In this document: in pieces, positions 1-8,500 of the stretch
Position numbering within the stretch: the first letter of the stretch is position 1
Layout: the number at the start of each line of letters is the position of its first letter
Assembly (NCBI GenBank): GCA_963976765.1
Contig: CAXBME010000042.1
Location: 1 to 50,611, forward strand
Reading direction: 5' to 3'
Origin: an uncultured Planctomycetaceae bacterium
Lineage (GTDB): Bacteria; Planctomycetota; Planctomycetia; Planctomycetales; Planctomycetaceae
Length of the DNA stretch: 50,611 bases
Translations under genes and position numbers: made by a program
The notes under the pieces: model-generated
Database searches by the model: none
The model's input: the letters and a program-made list of their open reading frames with translations, nothing else
What the model was told of the DNA's origin: nothing

Positions 1-549
1 AGGATACGCCACCTTCCTCCAATCTCTCACGCCACGACTTCTGACAGTAACTCCGATGCCAACTCATTCACCTTTATCATGATGGCGATGGCTACGTTAT
101 CATTCATGTCCTTCATTGGGCTTCCTGCATCCAGTTGGGGAAGCCCTACGGTATCACTCCTGCCGTTAATCAATGGTTAATCGCCGTCCCGTGTTCCTGT
201 CCTGGCCGGTCAACATTGCGACCAGGGCAACGCAAAGCCTTGACTTCTATCAGGAATTCCGGCGAGTACATCAACACAGTCAAGAACAAAGCGCATCTGG
301 CGATTGCCACGATTCACTTGGCCAGTCAGTACGCCAGATCAAGGCAAATCTGGCCATTTATTGTCGAAATCGCCCCATAAATACCCCCCGGCTTGGTCAT
401 TTCAAGCTTCGCGGTGGTCATATTTGCCCCGCGATGGTGTGTTTTGGCTACGGGGTCGGCCATATCAGATTGTCGAACGTCCCAGACTTACGAGTCCTTG
501 GGTTTCTATCGCCGGGTGACGTTGGTGCCCGGCCTCTTTCAACACTCCA

Positions 550-1101
550 CTAATCCGGCTCCACAGGAGGTTGCGCGAACATCCATATCCAGCAGTCCGG
601 AGCGGAGAAAGAGCATACTTCCAGCGCCCCAAGTTCTCCAGCCTGTATTCCGGCAGCCAGCTTCCGCGCGTCGCGATATGTCAGCGTCATATTGATAAGC
701 AAACCGCCGTCAGGTGCGGTACGAAAGTAACTCACCTGGGTCGTACCGATGGTAACTTGATCCATGAGCGATCCACGCTCGATCAATTCAGCAATCACCT
801 GCTCCACGGCTGGCGGATCATCTGGATTTGCGGCAATGATGATCGACGCCTTGGTGCGCAGCATGTCATTGGCATGTGAGGCGGTCTCGGTTTTCGCAAG
901 CAATGTCTTGTAGTTGACGCCCAGTGCCAGCGCAATGCTCGCCAGTGTGTTCGTATAGACGCTTACGCTCCGCTCGGCGTTCTCAACCGTCCTGAGTGAG
1001 CAATCTGCGTGGCGTGCAAGATCCTCCGGGCGCCAGCCCTTGGCGAGCCGTGCCTGCCTCACCGCGTCTCCTTCAGGTCTTACAGATCGCTTCTTGGCCA
1101 C
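550..1101 (-). CDS. XRE-family helix-turn-helix transcriptional regulator with uncharacterised C-terminal domain
   Basis: VRQARLAKGWRPEDLARHADCSLRTVENAERS...TLASIALALGV is a typical HTH_3/XRE pattern. Start reassigned to GTG at 1101, with GAAGG just upstream, inside the 550..1332 ORF. Confidence 0.8.
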   Translation of the reverse strand: MAKKRSVRPEGDAVRQARLAKGWRPEDLARHADCSLRTVENAERSVSVYTNTLASIALALGVNYKTLLAKTETASHANDMLRTKASIIIAANPDDPPAVEQVIAELIERGSLMDQVTIGTTQVSYFRTAPDGGLLINMTLTYRDARKLAAGIQAGELGALEVCSFSAPDCWIWMFAQPPVEPD

Positions 1102-1110
1102 GTTACCTTC

Positions 1111-1504
1111 CAACTTGCGGCAACTTGCGGGCAACGGGGATAAACCATTCCTTGACGCCAGCTTACGATTCTCCTGTCGGGTGAAAACGTCGCTTTGCAG
1201 AGGCAACTGACGTGGGCACACCAAGCCCATTTTACCCGGCGAAACGGGTGAATACGAGAACGTCGTCAAAGACAGAGTGCATGGTGCGATGGCCGCGAGT
1301 GGACTCAACCAGCCCAGAAAGAGCAAAACCACGCCGGAACCGCCATATCGAGCCGCGTTTCAAGCGATGGCGACTCGGGGAAATGCAACTTCCGGGTAGA
1401 TAGTTGATGCGAGTTGAACGGCCGGGCAAGCCAATGCGATGAATGCCGCCGGTTGATGATTGGCGCGGCACACGGCATCAACGGACGTTCTTCCCAACTT
1501 CCTC
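1111..1504. promoter_or_regulatory. Divergent control region with repeated CAACTT(G/C)C motifs (candidate operators)
   Basis: Tandem CAACTTGCGG x2 at 1111-1130, CAACTTCCGG at 1386-1395, CAACTTCC at 1495, and inverted AGTTG at ~1402 and ~1412. Lies between the XRE gene and the parB operon. Confidence 0.45.
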
Positions 1505-1573
1505 AAAAACTTCAGCGCCGCTGGCGTCCGCGTGGAAGGTACGCGCCGACAGTGGCCACGAAAGGAGACTGCA

Positions 1574-2386
1574 ATGTCATTGCCTCAACTCATCAAAGTC
1601 CCCGTCGCCAAGTGCGACTACCCGAGCCAGCCGCGTTCAGCGCTCGATCCCGACTACTGCCGCAACCTCGGCGAGAACATGAAGGCCAACGGGCAGAAAG
1701 TGCCCGTGATTGGCTACATGAAAGGCGACCGCTTCATCCTGTGCGATGGCGGTTGCCGTCTGGAAGGTGCCCGGTTCGTCGGCATGACGGAACTGCTCGC
1801 CATCGACCTCGGTAAGGAACCGACACGCCTCGAACTGCTGATGGCTCAGGCCTCCATCGACCTGCACCGCCAGCACCTGCCGCCGATTGACCGCGCCCGC
1901 CTGTTCTCCAGCCTGTGCAAGGAACATGGTTGCACAGCGAGGAAACTCGCCGAACTGCTGCATGTGAGCGAAGCGGCCATCAGCCGGGCTGTTGCCTTGC
2001 TGGAACTGCCAGACGCCATTCAGCAACAGGTCAACGAAGGCAAGCTCGACGCCCGCCGCGCCTACCTGCTCAGCCAGGAATCCGATCCGGAACGTCAGCG
2101 GGAACTGGCCATCGCGGCAACGACGCTTTCCCGCGATGAACTGGCCAAGCGCGTCCGCAAGCCGAAGGCATCGGACACGCCGCAAGTGCGGTTGAAGCGG
2201 ATCGTCTGCCCGCTGCCGTCGGGCATCTCGATCACCGTTTCCGGGGCTGACCTCTCGCTCGATGACTTCATCGAAGCGTTGGCCGAAGCCCAGAAGGAAG
2301 CCCGCAAAGCACGTGAGCAATCCCTTGATGCCAAGACCTTCGCCGCTGTCGCACGCGATAAGGCGAAGCAAGGAGGTGTGCGATGA
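1574..2386 (+). CDS. parB: ParB/RepB/Spo0J-family protein
   Basis: N-terminal SQPR...LGENMKANGQKVPV...DGGCRLEGA ParB-like domain and an HTH (ARKLAELLHVSEAAISRAVALL). ATG at 1574 follows an AAGGAG RBS. Confidence 0.8.
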   Translation: MSLPQLIKVPVAKCDYPSQPRSALDPDYCRNLGENMKANGQKVPVIGYMKGDRFILCDGGCRLEGARFVGMTELLAIDLGKEPTRLELLMAQASIDLHRQHLPPIDRARLFSSLCKEHGCTARKLAELLHVSEAAISRAVALLELPDAIQQQVNEGKLDARRAYLLSQESDPERQRELAIAATTLSRDELAKRVRKPKASDTPQVRLKRIVCPLPSGISITVSGADLSLDDFIEALAEAQKEARKAREQSLDAKTFAAVARDKAKQGGVR

Positions 2387-4023
2387 ACCGCGATGTTTCC
2401 CTTCGCCAGCTTATCCAGGCCGGTGCGGGTCTGGGGGCACTCAGCATCGCCGCCATGCTTGTACTGCGTGGCGACCCGGAGGACGAATTGAAAGTTGCCA
2501 TTGGCGGACTTGGCGGCTTTGCCCTCATGGCACACGCGGCTTTCAGTAACGTCAAGCGGCGGTTGGTGTACAGCCGCAAGCCGTCATCTGCTTCCACCGA
2601 CACGCTCGACCATGTGCTTCTCCACTGGGACGAAGACAACGCCTTTACTGTCCGCGATTTGCTGAACGGCGGTTGCTGCATTATGGGCCGGACGGGCAGT
2701 GGAAAGACATCCTCCAGCGGCAAGGCCATCGCCAATGTACTTGCCCGTCTGCCCGGCAGCGGCGGTCTCATACTCGCCGCTAAGCCCGGCGAAGACCGGG
2801 CGATGTGGGAGGAAATTTTCACGAAGGCGGGCAGGCGGGACGACCTGCTGATTTTCGCGCCCGATCAGCAACTGCACTTCAACTTCCTCGCCTATGAGAT
2901 GAACCAGGGCGGCGGGCATACCCGCAACATCACCAAGACGTTGATGACGATTTCGGAGAGCCTGCGTTCCAGCGATACCAATGGGCGGGAGGATGCGGAC
3001 TTCTGGAACCGCGAGCAAGAGCGTCTTTTGTACTCGGCAATCGAGATGGTGAAGCTGGCGATGGGGCCGTTCACCGCCTCAGACTTGCAGAAGTTTATCG
3101 CAACAGCGGCCATGTCGCCGCAGGAATTCGCCAGCGAAGCCTGGCTGGATGGCTTCCACAACCATGTCCTCCGGGCGGCTTATGAATCTGCCAAGACGCC
3201 ACTGGAGCAGCACGACTACGAACTCGCCCGCACCTACTGGGTGGATGAGTTTCCGACAACCGCTGATCGTACAAGAAGTTCGATTCTCACCGGCGTCATG
3301 GGCATCCTCCATGTCTTCAACACAGGCCTCGTGCGCGAACTCGTCAGCACGACCACGAACATCACGCCTGACGAATTGTTTGCGGGGAAATGGGTACTGG
3401 TGGACATGGCACCATCGGAATGGGGTGACATCGGCCTCTTTGTCGCGGCGGGGTGGAAATACTTGGTGGAGCGTGCCGTCCTTCGGCGGGTCGCAAGGCC
3501 GGACTCCAACATCGTCACCATCGTATCAGATGAGTGCCATCAGTTCCTCAGCAGCTTCGATGCCCACTTCATCACACAGTGCCGTAGCCATCGCGGCTCC
3601 TTGGTTTTTCTCTCGCAATCGCTCCACAACTTCTATGCCGCGCTGTCAGGCGAGAAGGGACGCCATCAGGCCGACAGCCTGCTGACGAACTTCCACACGA
3701 AGGTGCTTCACGCCTTGGGCGACATTGAGACCGCCACCTGGGCAAGCAACCTCGTGGGCAAGTCCCTCCAGACGTTCACGGGCGGGACAACAACGCCGCC
3801 TGACAGCCCCTTCGACGAACTGATGGGCCGCCAGCGGTACAGCGGCAATTACAGCAACCACTTCGAGTCCACCTTGCAGGCCAACGAATTCATGCACGGC
3901 CTGCGTACCGGCGGCGCATCGAACGATTTCATGTGTGACTGCTACGTGATCCGCAGCGGTGAACCGTTCGCAAGCGGCCAGAACTACTTGGCCACGAGCT
4001 TCAGCCAGAAGGACGACGGCTGA
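2383..4023 (+). CDS. VirD4/TraD-like type IV coupling protein (ATPase)
   Basis: Two N-terminal hydrophobic segments, Walker A GRTGSGKT, Walker B IVSDECHQF, and a QCRSH..LVFLSQS motif. ATGA overlap with parB. Confidence 0.8.
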   Translation: MNRDVSLRQLIQAGAGLGALSIAAMLVLRGDPEDELKVAIGGLGGFALMAHAAFSNVKRRLVYSRKPSSASTDTLDHVLLHWDEDNAFTVRDLLNGGCCIMGRTGSGKTSSSGKAIANVLARLPGSGGLILAAKPGEDRAMWEEIFTKAGRRDDLLIFAPDQQLHFNFLAYEMNQGGGHTRNITKTLMTISESLRSSDTNGREDADFWNREQERLLYSAIEMVKLAMGPFTASDLQKFIATAAMSPQEFASEAWLDGFHNHVLRAAYESAKTPLEQHDYELARTYWVDEFPTTADRTRSSILTGVMGILHVFNTGLVRELVSTTTNITPDELFAGKWVLVDMAPSEWGDIGLFVAAGWKYLVERAVLRRVARPDSNIVTIVSDECHQFLSSFDAHFITQCRSHRGSLVFLSQSLHNFYAALSGEKGRHQADSLLTNFHTKVLHALGDIETATWASNLVGKSLQTFTGGTTTPPDSPFDELMGRQRYSGNYSNHFESTLQANEFMHGLRTGGASNDFMCDCYVIRSGEPFASGQNYLATSFSQKDDG

Positions 4024-4078
4024 TTTCCTTGTTTTGCAGGACGCATTGTTTTTCCACAACCTCGAAAGGAGGTCTCCA

Positions 4079-4660
4079 ATGGTTCCGCACTCACCACAAC
4101 AAAGGTCGCAGCCCGGCGACATGCTCACCCTCGGGGAGAGCTTCAACGGCCTCAACGTCGTGGCCAATGCCCATGCCTGCACGTTGACGCCCTTCCTGCG
4201 CACCGACTTCGGTTCAGAAGGCATCGGGCTGCATGGGCTGATCGGCGCGGGCATGATCCTCGGCTGGGGTTGCTACGCCAACTGCTACCCGATGTTCATC
4301 TACTTTCTCATCTGGATCGTCGCGCTCGCCATCCAACGGGCAAAGACGTTTCTCAACTGGCGGCGCGGGGTGATTGTTCACACCCGTTACAACGGCTACC
4401 CCTGGCTCGCCCGCCGGTTCTTCCCACGCCTGTCCGAACCGAACGCCAAGGCGGTCGAAGCCTTCGCGTGCCTCGGCATCGGCGGGTTGCTCGCACAGTT
4501 CTGGCCGCCGCTCGGCTGGTACGTCATGGCGGGCTTCGTCTCGATCATGTTCACCGAAGCCGTGATCGCGGAGACGGCGAAGCGCCGCCTGCAAGCCATG
4601 CGCGATGCCGAGATCGAACAGCGCTATCTGGCCGAGCGCTACAAGTCCGGCCGCTTCTAA
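4079..4660 (+). CDS. Multi-pass membrane protein, function unknown
   Basis: Strong RBS GAAAGGAGG before ATG 4079 and about four hydrophobic segments. Confidence 0.7.
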   Translation: MVPHSPQQRSQPGDMLTLGESFNGLNVVANAHACTLTPFLRTDFGSEGIGLHGLIGAGMILGWGCYANCYPMFIYFLIWIVALAIQRAKTFLNWRRGVIVHTRYNGYPWLARRFFPRLSEPNAKAVEAFACLGIGGLLAQFWPPLGWYVMAGFVSIMFTEAVIAETAKRRLQAMRDAEIEQRYLAERYKSGRF

Positions 4661-4691
4661 TCACCCCTCAACCTGAAAGGAGGTTTCTCCA

Positions 4692-5003
4692 ATGTCTTCA
4701 GAGAACGTCCCCCTGTGGCAGCAGATGCTGGCCAAACGCCGGGAATGGCTGGAGTCCCAGCCGTCCCTGTCCGGGCAACTTGCGGCGATGGGCCGCGAGA
4801 TGGTGAAAGACGTGCGTTCGACGGTTCACGAGTCCTTCTTTGGACGGCCCGAGCACGCAGCAGAGCCAGGCTCACCCGGCAATCCCACGCAGTACATGGT
4901 CAATCAGGATCTCGGCACGGTGCATGGGACCTACGACCACTCGCAAGACCAAGCCATGTCGGCGACGGTCGAGCAACAACCCCGAAAGGAACTTGAGCGA
5001 TGA
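4692..5003 (+). CDS. Hypothetical protein (103 aa)
   Basis: Strong RBS GAAAGGAGG, co-oriented in the operon, ATGA overlap with the next gene. Confidence 0.7.
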   Translation: MSSENVPLWQQMLAKRREWLESQPSLSGQLAAMGREMVKDVRSTVHESFFGRPEHAAEPGSPGNPTQYMVNQDLGTVHGTYDHSQDQAMSATVEQQPRKELER

Positions 5004-5227
5004 TCCAGAATTTTTTTCACGACACGATGATGGAACTGGCCATTTTCTTCAGCCTCGTCATGGGCGCGTTCGCCTTCGTCGCGATGGTCATCGGGCTGAT
5101 TGCCCATGCTGCTCACGCGAAGTCGAAGGAGGATGGCCACGCCACCCTGAAAGCCAAGGCCGGAAGTGCTGCGGGCAAGCTGGCGTTGAAGGCCATCACG
5201 CACGCCATCAAGAACCGCAGCAAGTAA
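5000..5227 (+). CDS. Small single-pass membrane protein (75 aa)
   Basis: Hydrophobic LAIFFSLVMGAFAFVAMVIGLIA followed by a basic tail. GAAAGGA RBS. Confidence 0.65.
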   Translation: MIQNFFHDTMMELAIFFSLVMGAFAFVAMVIGLIAHAAHAKSKEDGHATLKAKAGSAAGKLALKAITHAIKNRSK

Positions 5228-5277
5228 GGAATGGATTCACCCTGTTTTCAATTTCTTCAACCGAAAGGAAGTGTGCC

Positions 5278-5691
5278 ATGCACACCACATTCAAGTTTCG
5301 CTGCCAGCACTGTGAGACTGGCTTGGTCGCCGAACATGGTTCGGCGGGTCTGCCATGCACCTGTCCGGGTTGCTCGATGCAACTCATGGTGCCGCGACCG
5401 ACGGCGCTCGTGCGCATCGATGACGGCGACGACGTACCCGACCTGGACCTCGACGACGACAGCTTCGGAACAGTCGTCGAGATCGTTCCCCGCGAATCCC
5501 AGGCAATGGCTCGCCAGCCTCGCGGCGGCACGACGCCGGTTGAGCTTCGGATGCCGGGCAATCTTGGCGGCCTCAAGGCCAAGGTGGACCAGCCGACCAG
5601 CAACGCGATGGCGACGACTTTTTTGGGAGGTCTGTTGGTCGTCGTGGGTGCGATGTTGTTTTCCATGTTCGGCGGCAAGGGCAAAGCGTGA
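5278..5691 (+). CDS. Zinc-ribbon protein with C-terminal membrane anchor
   Basis: CQHC...CPGC at the N-terminus, an acidic linker, and C-terminal FLGGLLVVVGAMLFSMF. Start reassigned to ATG 5278 after GAAAGGA. Confidence 0.7.
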   Translation: MHTTFKFRCQHCETGLVAEHGSAGLPCTCPGCSMQLMVPRPTALVRIDDGDDVPDLDLDDDSFGTVVEIVPRESQAMARQPRGGTTPVELRMPGNLGGLKAKVDQPTSNAMATTFLGGLLVVVGAMLFSMFGGKGKA

Positions 5692-5757
5692 GCGAGTTCA
5701 CAACAACCCACGGGCGGCGTGGGCAACCGCGCCACCCCATTTCCAAAGGAGGATTCC

Positions 5758-5943
5758 ATGTTCCTGATGTTTCTCACCTTCATGGCGATGTTGGCCGGGA
5801 TGGCCGCATTGGTTTGGGCTGGATGCCAGCGTGTGGCCTTGCACCTGCGGGACAAGCCCGAGGCGACCAGAGCAGTGGTCGAGCATGTGCTGATGCCGTT
5901 GCTTGGCCGCACAAGGATACCCGGCAAGGGCGACGAGTCCTGA
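5758..5943 (+). CDS. Small membrane protein (61 aa)
   Basis: AAAGGAGG RBS before ATG 5758 and an N-terminal hydrophobic helix. Confidence 0.6.
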   Translation: MFLMFLTFMAMLAGMAALVWAGCQRVALHLRDKPEATRAVVEHVLMPLLGRTRIPGKGDES

Positions 5944-6026
5944 AGCCGGGCATGGTGGATGTCAATCGTGGCGCGGGCGGGTGTCACAACCCGCCCGCTC
6001 TACCCAGAAACGAAAGGCGGTAAGCA

Positions 6027-6410
6027 ATGGCCGAGCAGAAAGGGAATCAGGGCGAATCGGGCAAGTCCTGGCTGGAAGACAAGCTTGCCCGCCTCGACGC
6101 GGTGTATCGCCGGTTCGGGCGGGACGGGTTGCGTGAGTACCCGCTGCAAGACATCAGCCTGCTGCTTTCAGCGAAAGAACTGGAGTACCGGGACGCGCCG
6201 AAAGGCCAAAACCAGTCCGAAACGCAGAAGGCGGAAAACCGTCGTCTCGAACTGGAAATCAAAGACTTGGCCAGCCACCTCAATGCGCATCTGGCCGGTG
6301 CCGGACTTCAGGAGCGGAGGCCAGCGAGTGGTTACAACCGCATGCTTGACGCCGCCATCGAGCGGGGGAAGTTCCGGCAACATTCCCAGGACAAGGACCG
6401 CGAACGTTAA
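6027..6410 (+). CDS. Hypothetical protein (127 aa), probably coiled-coil
   Basis: GAAAGG RBS, co-oriented in the operon, charged C-terminus QDKDRER. Confidence 0.65.
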   Translation: MAEQKGNQGESGKSWLEDKLARLDAVYRRFGRDGLREYPLQDISLLLSAKELEYRDAPKGQNQSETQKAENRRLELEIKDLASHLNAHLAGAGLQERRPASGYNRMLDAAIERGKFRQHSQDKDRER

Positions 6411-6449
6411 CCACGGCGCCATCCCGCCAGCAGCGGGGAGGGACGAACC

Positions 6450-6716
6450 ATGACGCTTGAAGAACGACTGAGCAAGATCGAGTCGCTGTTGGTCGCGCTG
6501 GTGGAAAGCCAACAGGTCCGGCAGTGGTACTCGGTCGAGGAGTTCGCCAGCGTCGTCGGTCGCTCCGGGTTCACCTGCCGCCAGTGGTGCCGCCTTGGCC
6601 GTATCGAAGCCCACAAGAAAGTCAGCGGGCGAGGGGCACATGCATCGTGGGCCATTGCCCATGAAGAATTACTGCGTTACCAGCGGGAAGGCTTGCGGAA
6701 GCCTTCTTTGGATTGA
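6450..6716 (+). CDS. Excisionase-like (HTH_17/MerR-type) DNA-binding protein
   Basis: WYSVEEFASVVGRSGFTCRQWCRLGRIEAHK...WAIAHEEL winged-HTH pattern, located near the recombinase. Confidence 0.75.
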   Translation: MTLEERLSKIESLLVALVESQQVRQWYSVEEFASVVGRSGFTCRQWCRLGRIEAHKKVSGRGAHASWAIAHEELLRYQREGLRKPSLD

Positions 6717-6770
6717 TCTTTCTTCCGGCCGGTGCGGTACCGGCCACGAGACGATTCCTTGTGTTTGTAA

Positions 6771-7004
6771 ATGGTGATGGTTCCCGTCATGGCCCGGCGC
6801 AATCAAAAACCTGATTGCCGAATCCGAGAGGATGCCAAAAGCATCGTCCCGGCCGGGACGCCGGATTGGATCACCGCCGAGTTGATCGAAGCCACGATCC
6901 GTACCTGGCAACCGTACTACCGGGAGGTGATCACGCCGGAGGAAGCCGTTACAATGATCCGGAGCGTGGGTCGGTTGTTTGACGCCTTGTCTTCGGGATC
7001 GTAG
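6771..7004 (+). CDS. Small hypothetical protein immediately upstream of the recombinase
   Basis: Stop codon 2 bp before the recombinase ATG, protein-like composition (PDWITAELIEATIRTWQPYY). Exact start uncertain. Confidence 0.6.
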   Translation: MVMVPVMARRNQKPDCRIREDAKSIVPAGTPDWITAELIEATIRTWQPYYREVITPEEAVTMIRSVGRLFDALSSGS

Positions 7005-7006
7005 CC

Positions 7007-8500
7007 ATGAAACAGTTCGCCGCTTTAGCTCGGGTTTCCAGCCGGGAGCAGGAACGCGAGGGCTTCAGCCTGGAAGTGCAGGAGGAAGCCCTCAAGCGTT
7101 ATGCCGCCCAGGAAGGCGGCGAGATCGTCAAGTTCTTCAAGATCGCCGAAACGGCCAGCAAGGGCGAGGAGCGGAAAACCTTCCGCGAGCTGATCGCCTA
7201 CGCCAAGAAGAACGCCTTCGCCCTGGATGCCCTCCTGTTCTACAAGGTGGATCGAGCCTCGCGGAACCTGTTCGATTATGTCGAGCTGGAAAGGCTGGAG
7301 TCGGAATACAACCTGCCGTTCATCTCGGTGTCGCAGCCGACCGAGAACACGCCCGCTGGCCGGATGATGCGGCGGACGCTCGCCAACATGGCCAGCTTCT
7401 ACACCGAGCAGCAATCGGTCGATGTCCGCGAGGGACTCGCCCGCCGCGTGAAAGAAGGCTGGTTCGTCGGCCTGGCTCCCTACGGCTACCGCAATGCCCG
7501 CAAGGATGGCCGGGGCATTATCGAAGTCGATCCCGAGCCGGCTGCCAACGTCAAACGCATCTTCCACCTCTACGCCTTCGAGAACCTGACGCTGGATGGC
7601 CTCGTCGAGAAGATCAACGCCGAGGGCCGCCTCTGGCGGAACTCGCAGCCGAAGTTCCCCCGCAGTTCGATCCACAACATCCTCAAGGACCGGGCCTACA
7701 TCGGCGAACTGGAGTACAAGGGGGAATGGTATCCCGGCAAGCACGAACCGCTGATCGACCGGGCGACATGGGAACGGGTGCAGGCATTGCTCGGCGGGCA
7801 CGTCTATCACGCCACCACGCTGACCTACGCCGGGCAGTTCATGACCTGCGGCCATTGCGGCCATCCGATCACCGGCGAACTGGTCAAGAAGAAGCGGAAG
7901 GACGGCGGTATCAACTTCCACGTCTACTACCGCTGCGCTCGCTACACGAGGAAGGATCATCCTCGCATTCGAGTGAAGGAAGCGGACATCGAAGCCCAGG
8001 TGCTGGCTCTGTTCGACAAGATGAAGGTCGAGGACGCATCCGTCCGCGACTGGTTCCGCATGGTGCTGGCTTCCCAGACCCGAGACGCCCAAGCCGACAG
8101 CCGTGCCCAACGTCAGGAACTGACTCGGCAAGAAACGCTCATCATCCAGCAGCAGGACCGGCTGCTCAACATGCGGCTTTCAGAAGACATCGACCAGGAA
8201 CTCTTCGCGAAGAAGCACACAGAGCTACGTGACCGGTTGGCATCCATCAAGCTGCAACTGGACGTTCTGGACCGCTCCCACGACGAAACCGCCGAGTTAG
8301 CGGCCAAAGTGTTTGAACTCTCGCAAACCCTGAAAGAGCAATGGCTTACCGCCGACTACGCCACCAAACGCCGATTGCTCGAAATCGTCTGTTTGAACTC
8401 AGTTCTGGATGGCGTAACTCTTTGCCCTGAAATGAGAAAGCCCTTCGACGTACTCGCCGAAGGGCTTGTTTCTGAAAATAGTCGGGACGACAGGATTTGA
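7007..8500 (+). CDS. Large serine recombinase (integrase)
   Basis: Catalytic ARVSSREQ, KVDRASRN motif, APYGY recombinase-domain start, zinc ribbon CGHCG...YYRC, and a long coiled coil. Confidence 0.95.
   Translation: MKQFAALARVSSREQEREGFSLEVQEEALKRYAAQEGGEIVKFFKIAETASKGEERKTFRELIAYAKKNAFALDALLFYKVDRASRNLFDYVELERLESEYNLPFISVSQPTENTPAGRMMRRTLANMASFYTEQQSVDVREGLARRVKEGWFVGLAPYGYRNARKDGRGIIEVDPEPAANVKRIFHLYAFENLTLDGLVEKINAEGRLWRNSQPKFPRSSIHNILKDRAYIGELEYKGEWYPGKHEPLIDRATWERVQALLGGHVYHATTLTYAGQFMTCGHCGHPITGELVKKKRKDGGINFHVYYRCARYTRKDHPRIRVKEADIEAQVLALFDKMKVEDASVRDWFRMVLASQTRDAQADSRAQRQELTRQETLIIQQQDRLLNMRLSEDIDQELFAKKHTELRDRLASIKLQLDVLDRSHDETAELAAKVFELSQTLKEQWLTADYATKRRLLEIVCLNSVLDGVTLCPEMRKPFDVLAEGLVSENSRDDRI
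8428..8467 (-). terminator. Intrinsic terminator-like hairpin downstream of tRNA-Pro, embedded in the integrase CDS
   Basis: The minus strand reads AAGCCCTTCGGCG-AGTA-CGTCGAAGGGCTT (10 perfect bp plus 3 more with one G-U), followed by TCTCATTTC. It starts 14 nt after the tRNA end. Confidence 0.6.

Larger units (their letters stand above)
1..8500. mobile_element. Integrative element (IME/ICE-like) inserted at the 3' end of tRNA-Pro; left boundary not identified, probably outside the window
   Basis: A large serine recombinase abuts and overlaps the tRNA 3' end. The region also has ParB-like, coupling-protein-like, XRE and HTH genes. Housekeeping genes resume beyond the tRNA. No second att copy was seen in the window. 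Confidence 0.85.

Noticed and set aside
1..553. Short ORFs at the left edge, including a 29-codon minus-strand MKDMNDNVAIAIMIKVNELA... frame
   Set aside because: I found no convincing RBS or family motif. It may be decayed cargo but cannot be supported.
6979..8232. Long overlapping ORFs 6979..8232 (+) and 7025..8131 (-)
   Set aside because: These are shadow frames of the GC-rich integrase gene with no recognisable motifs.
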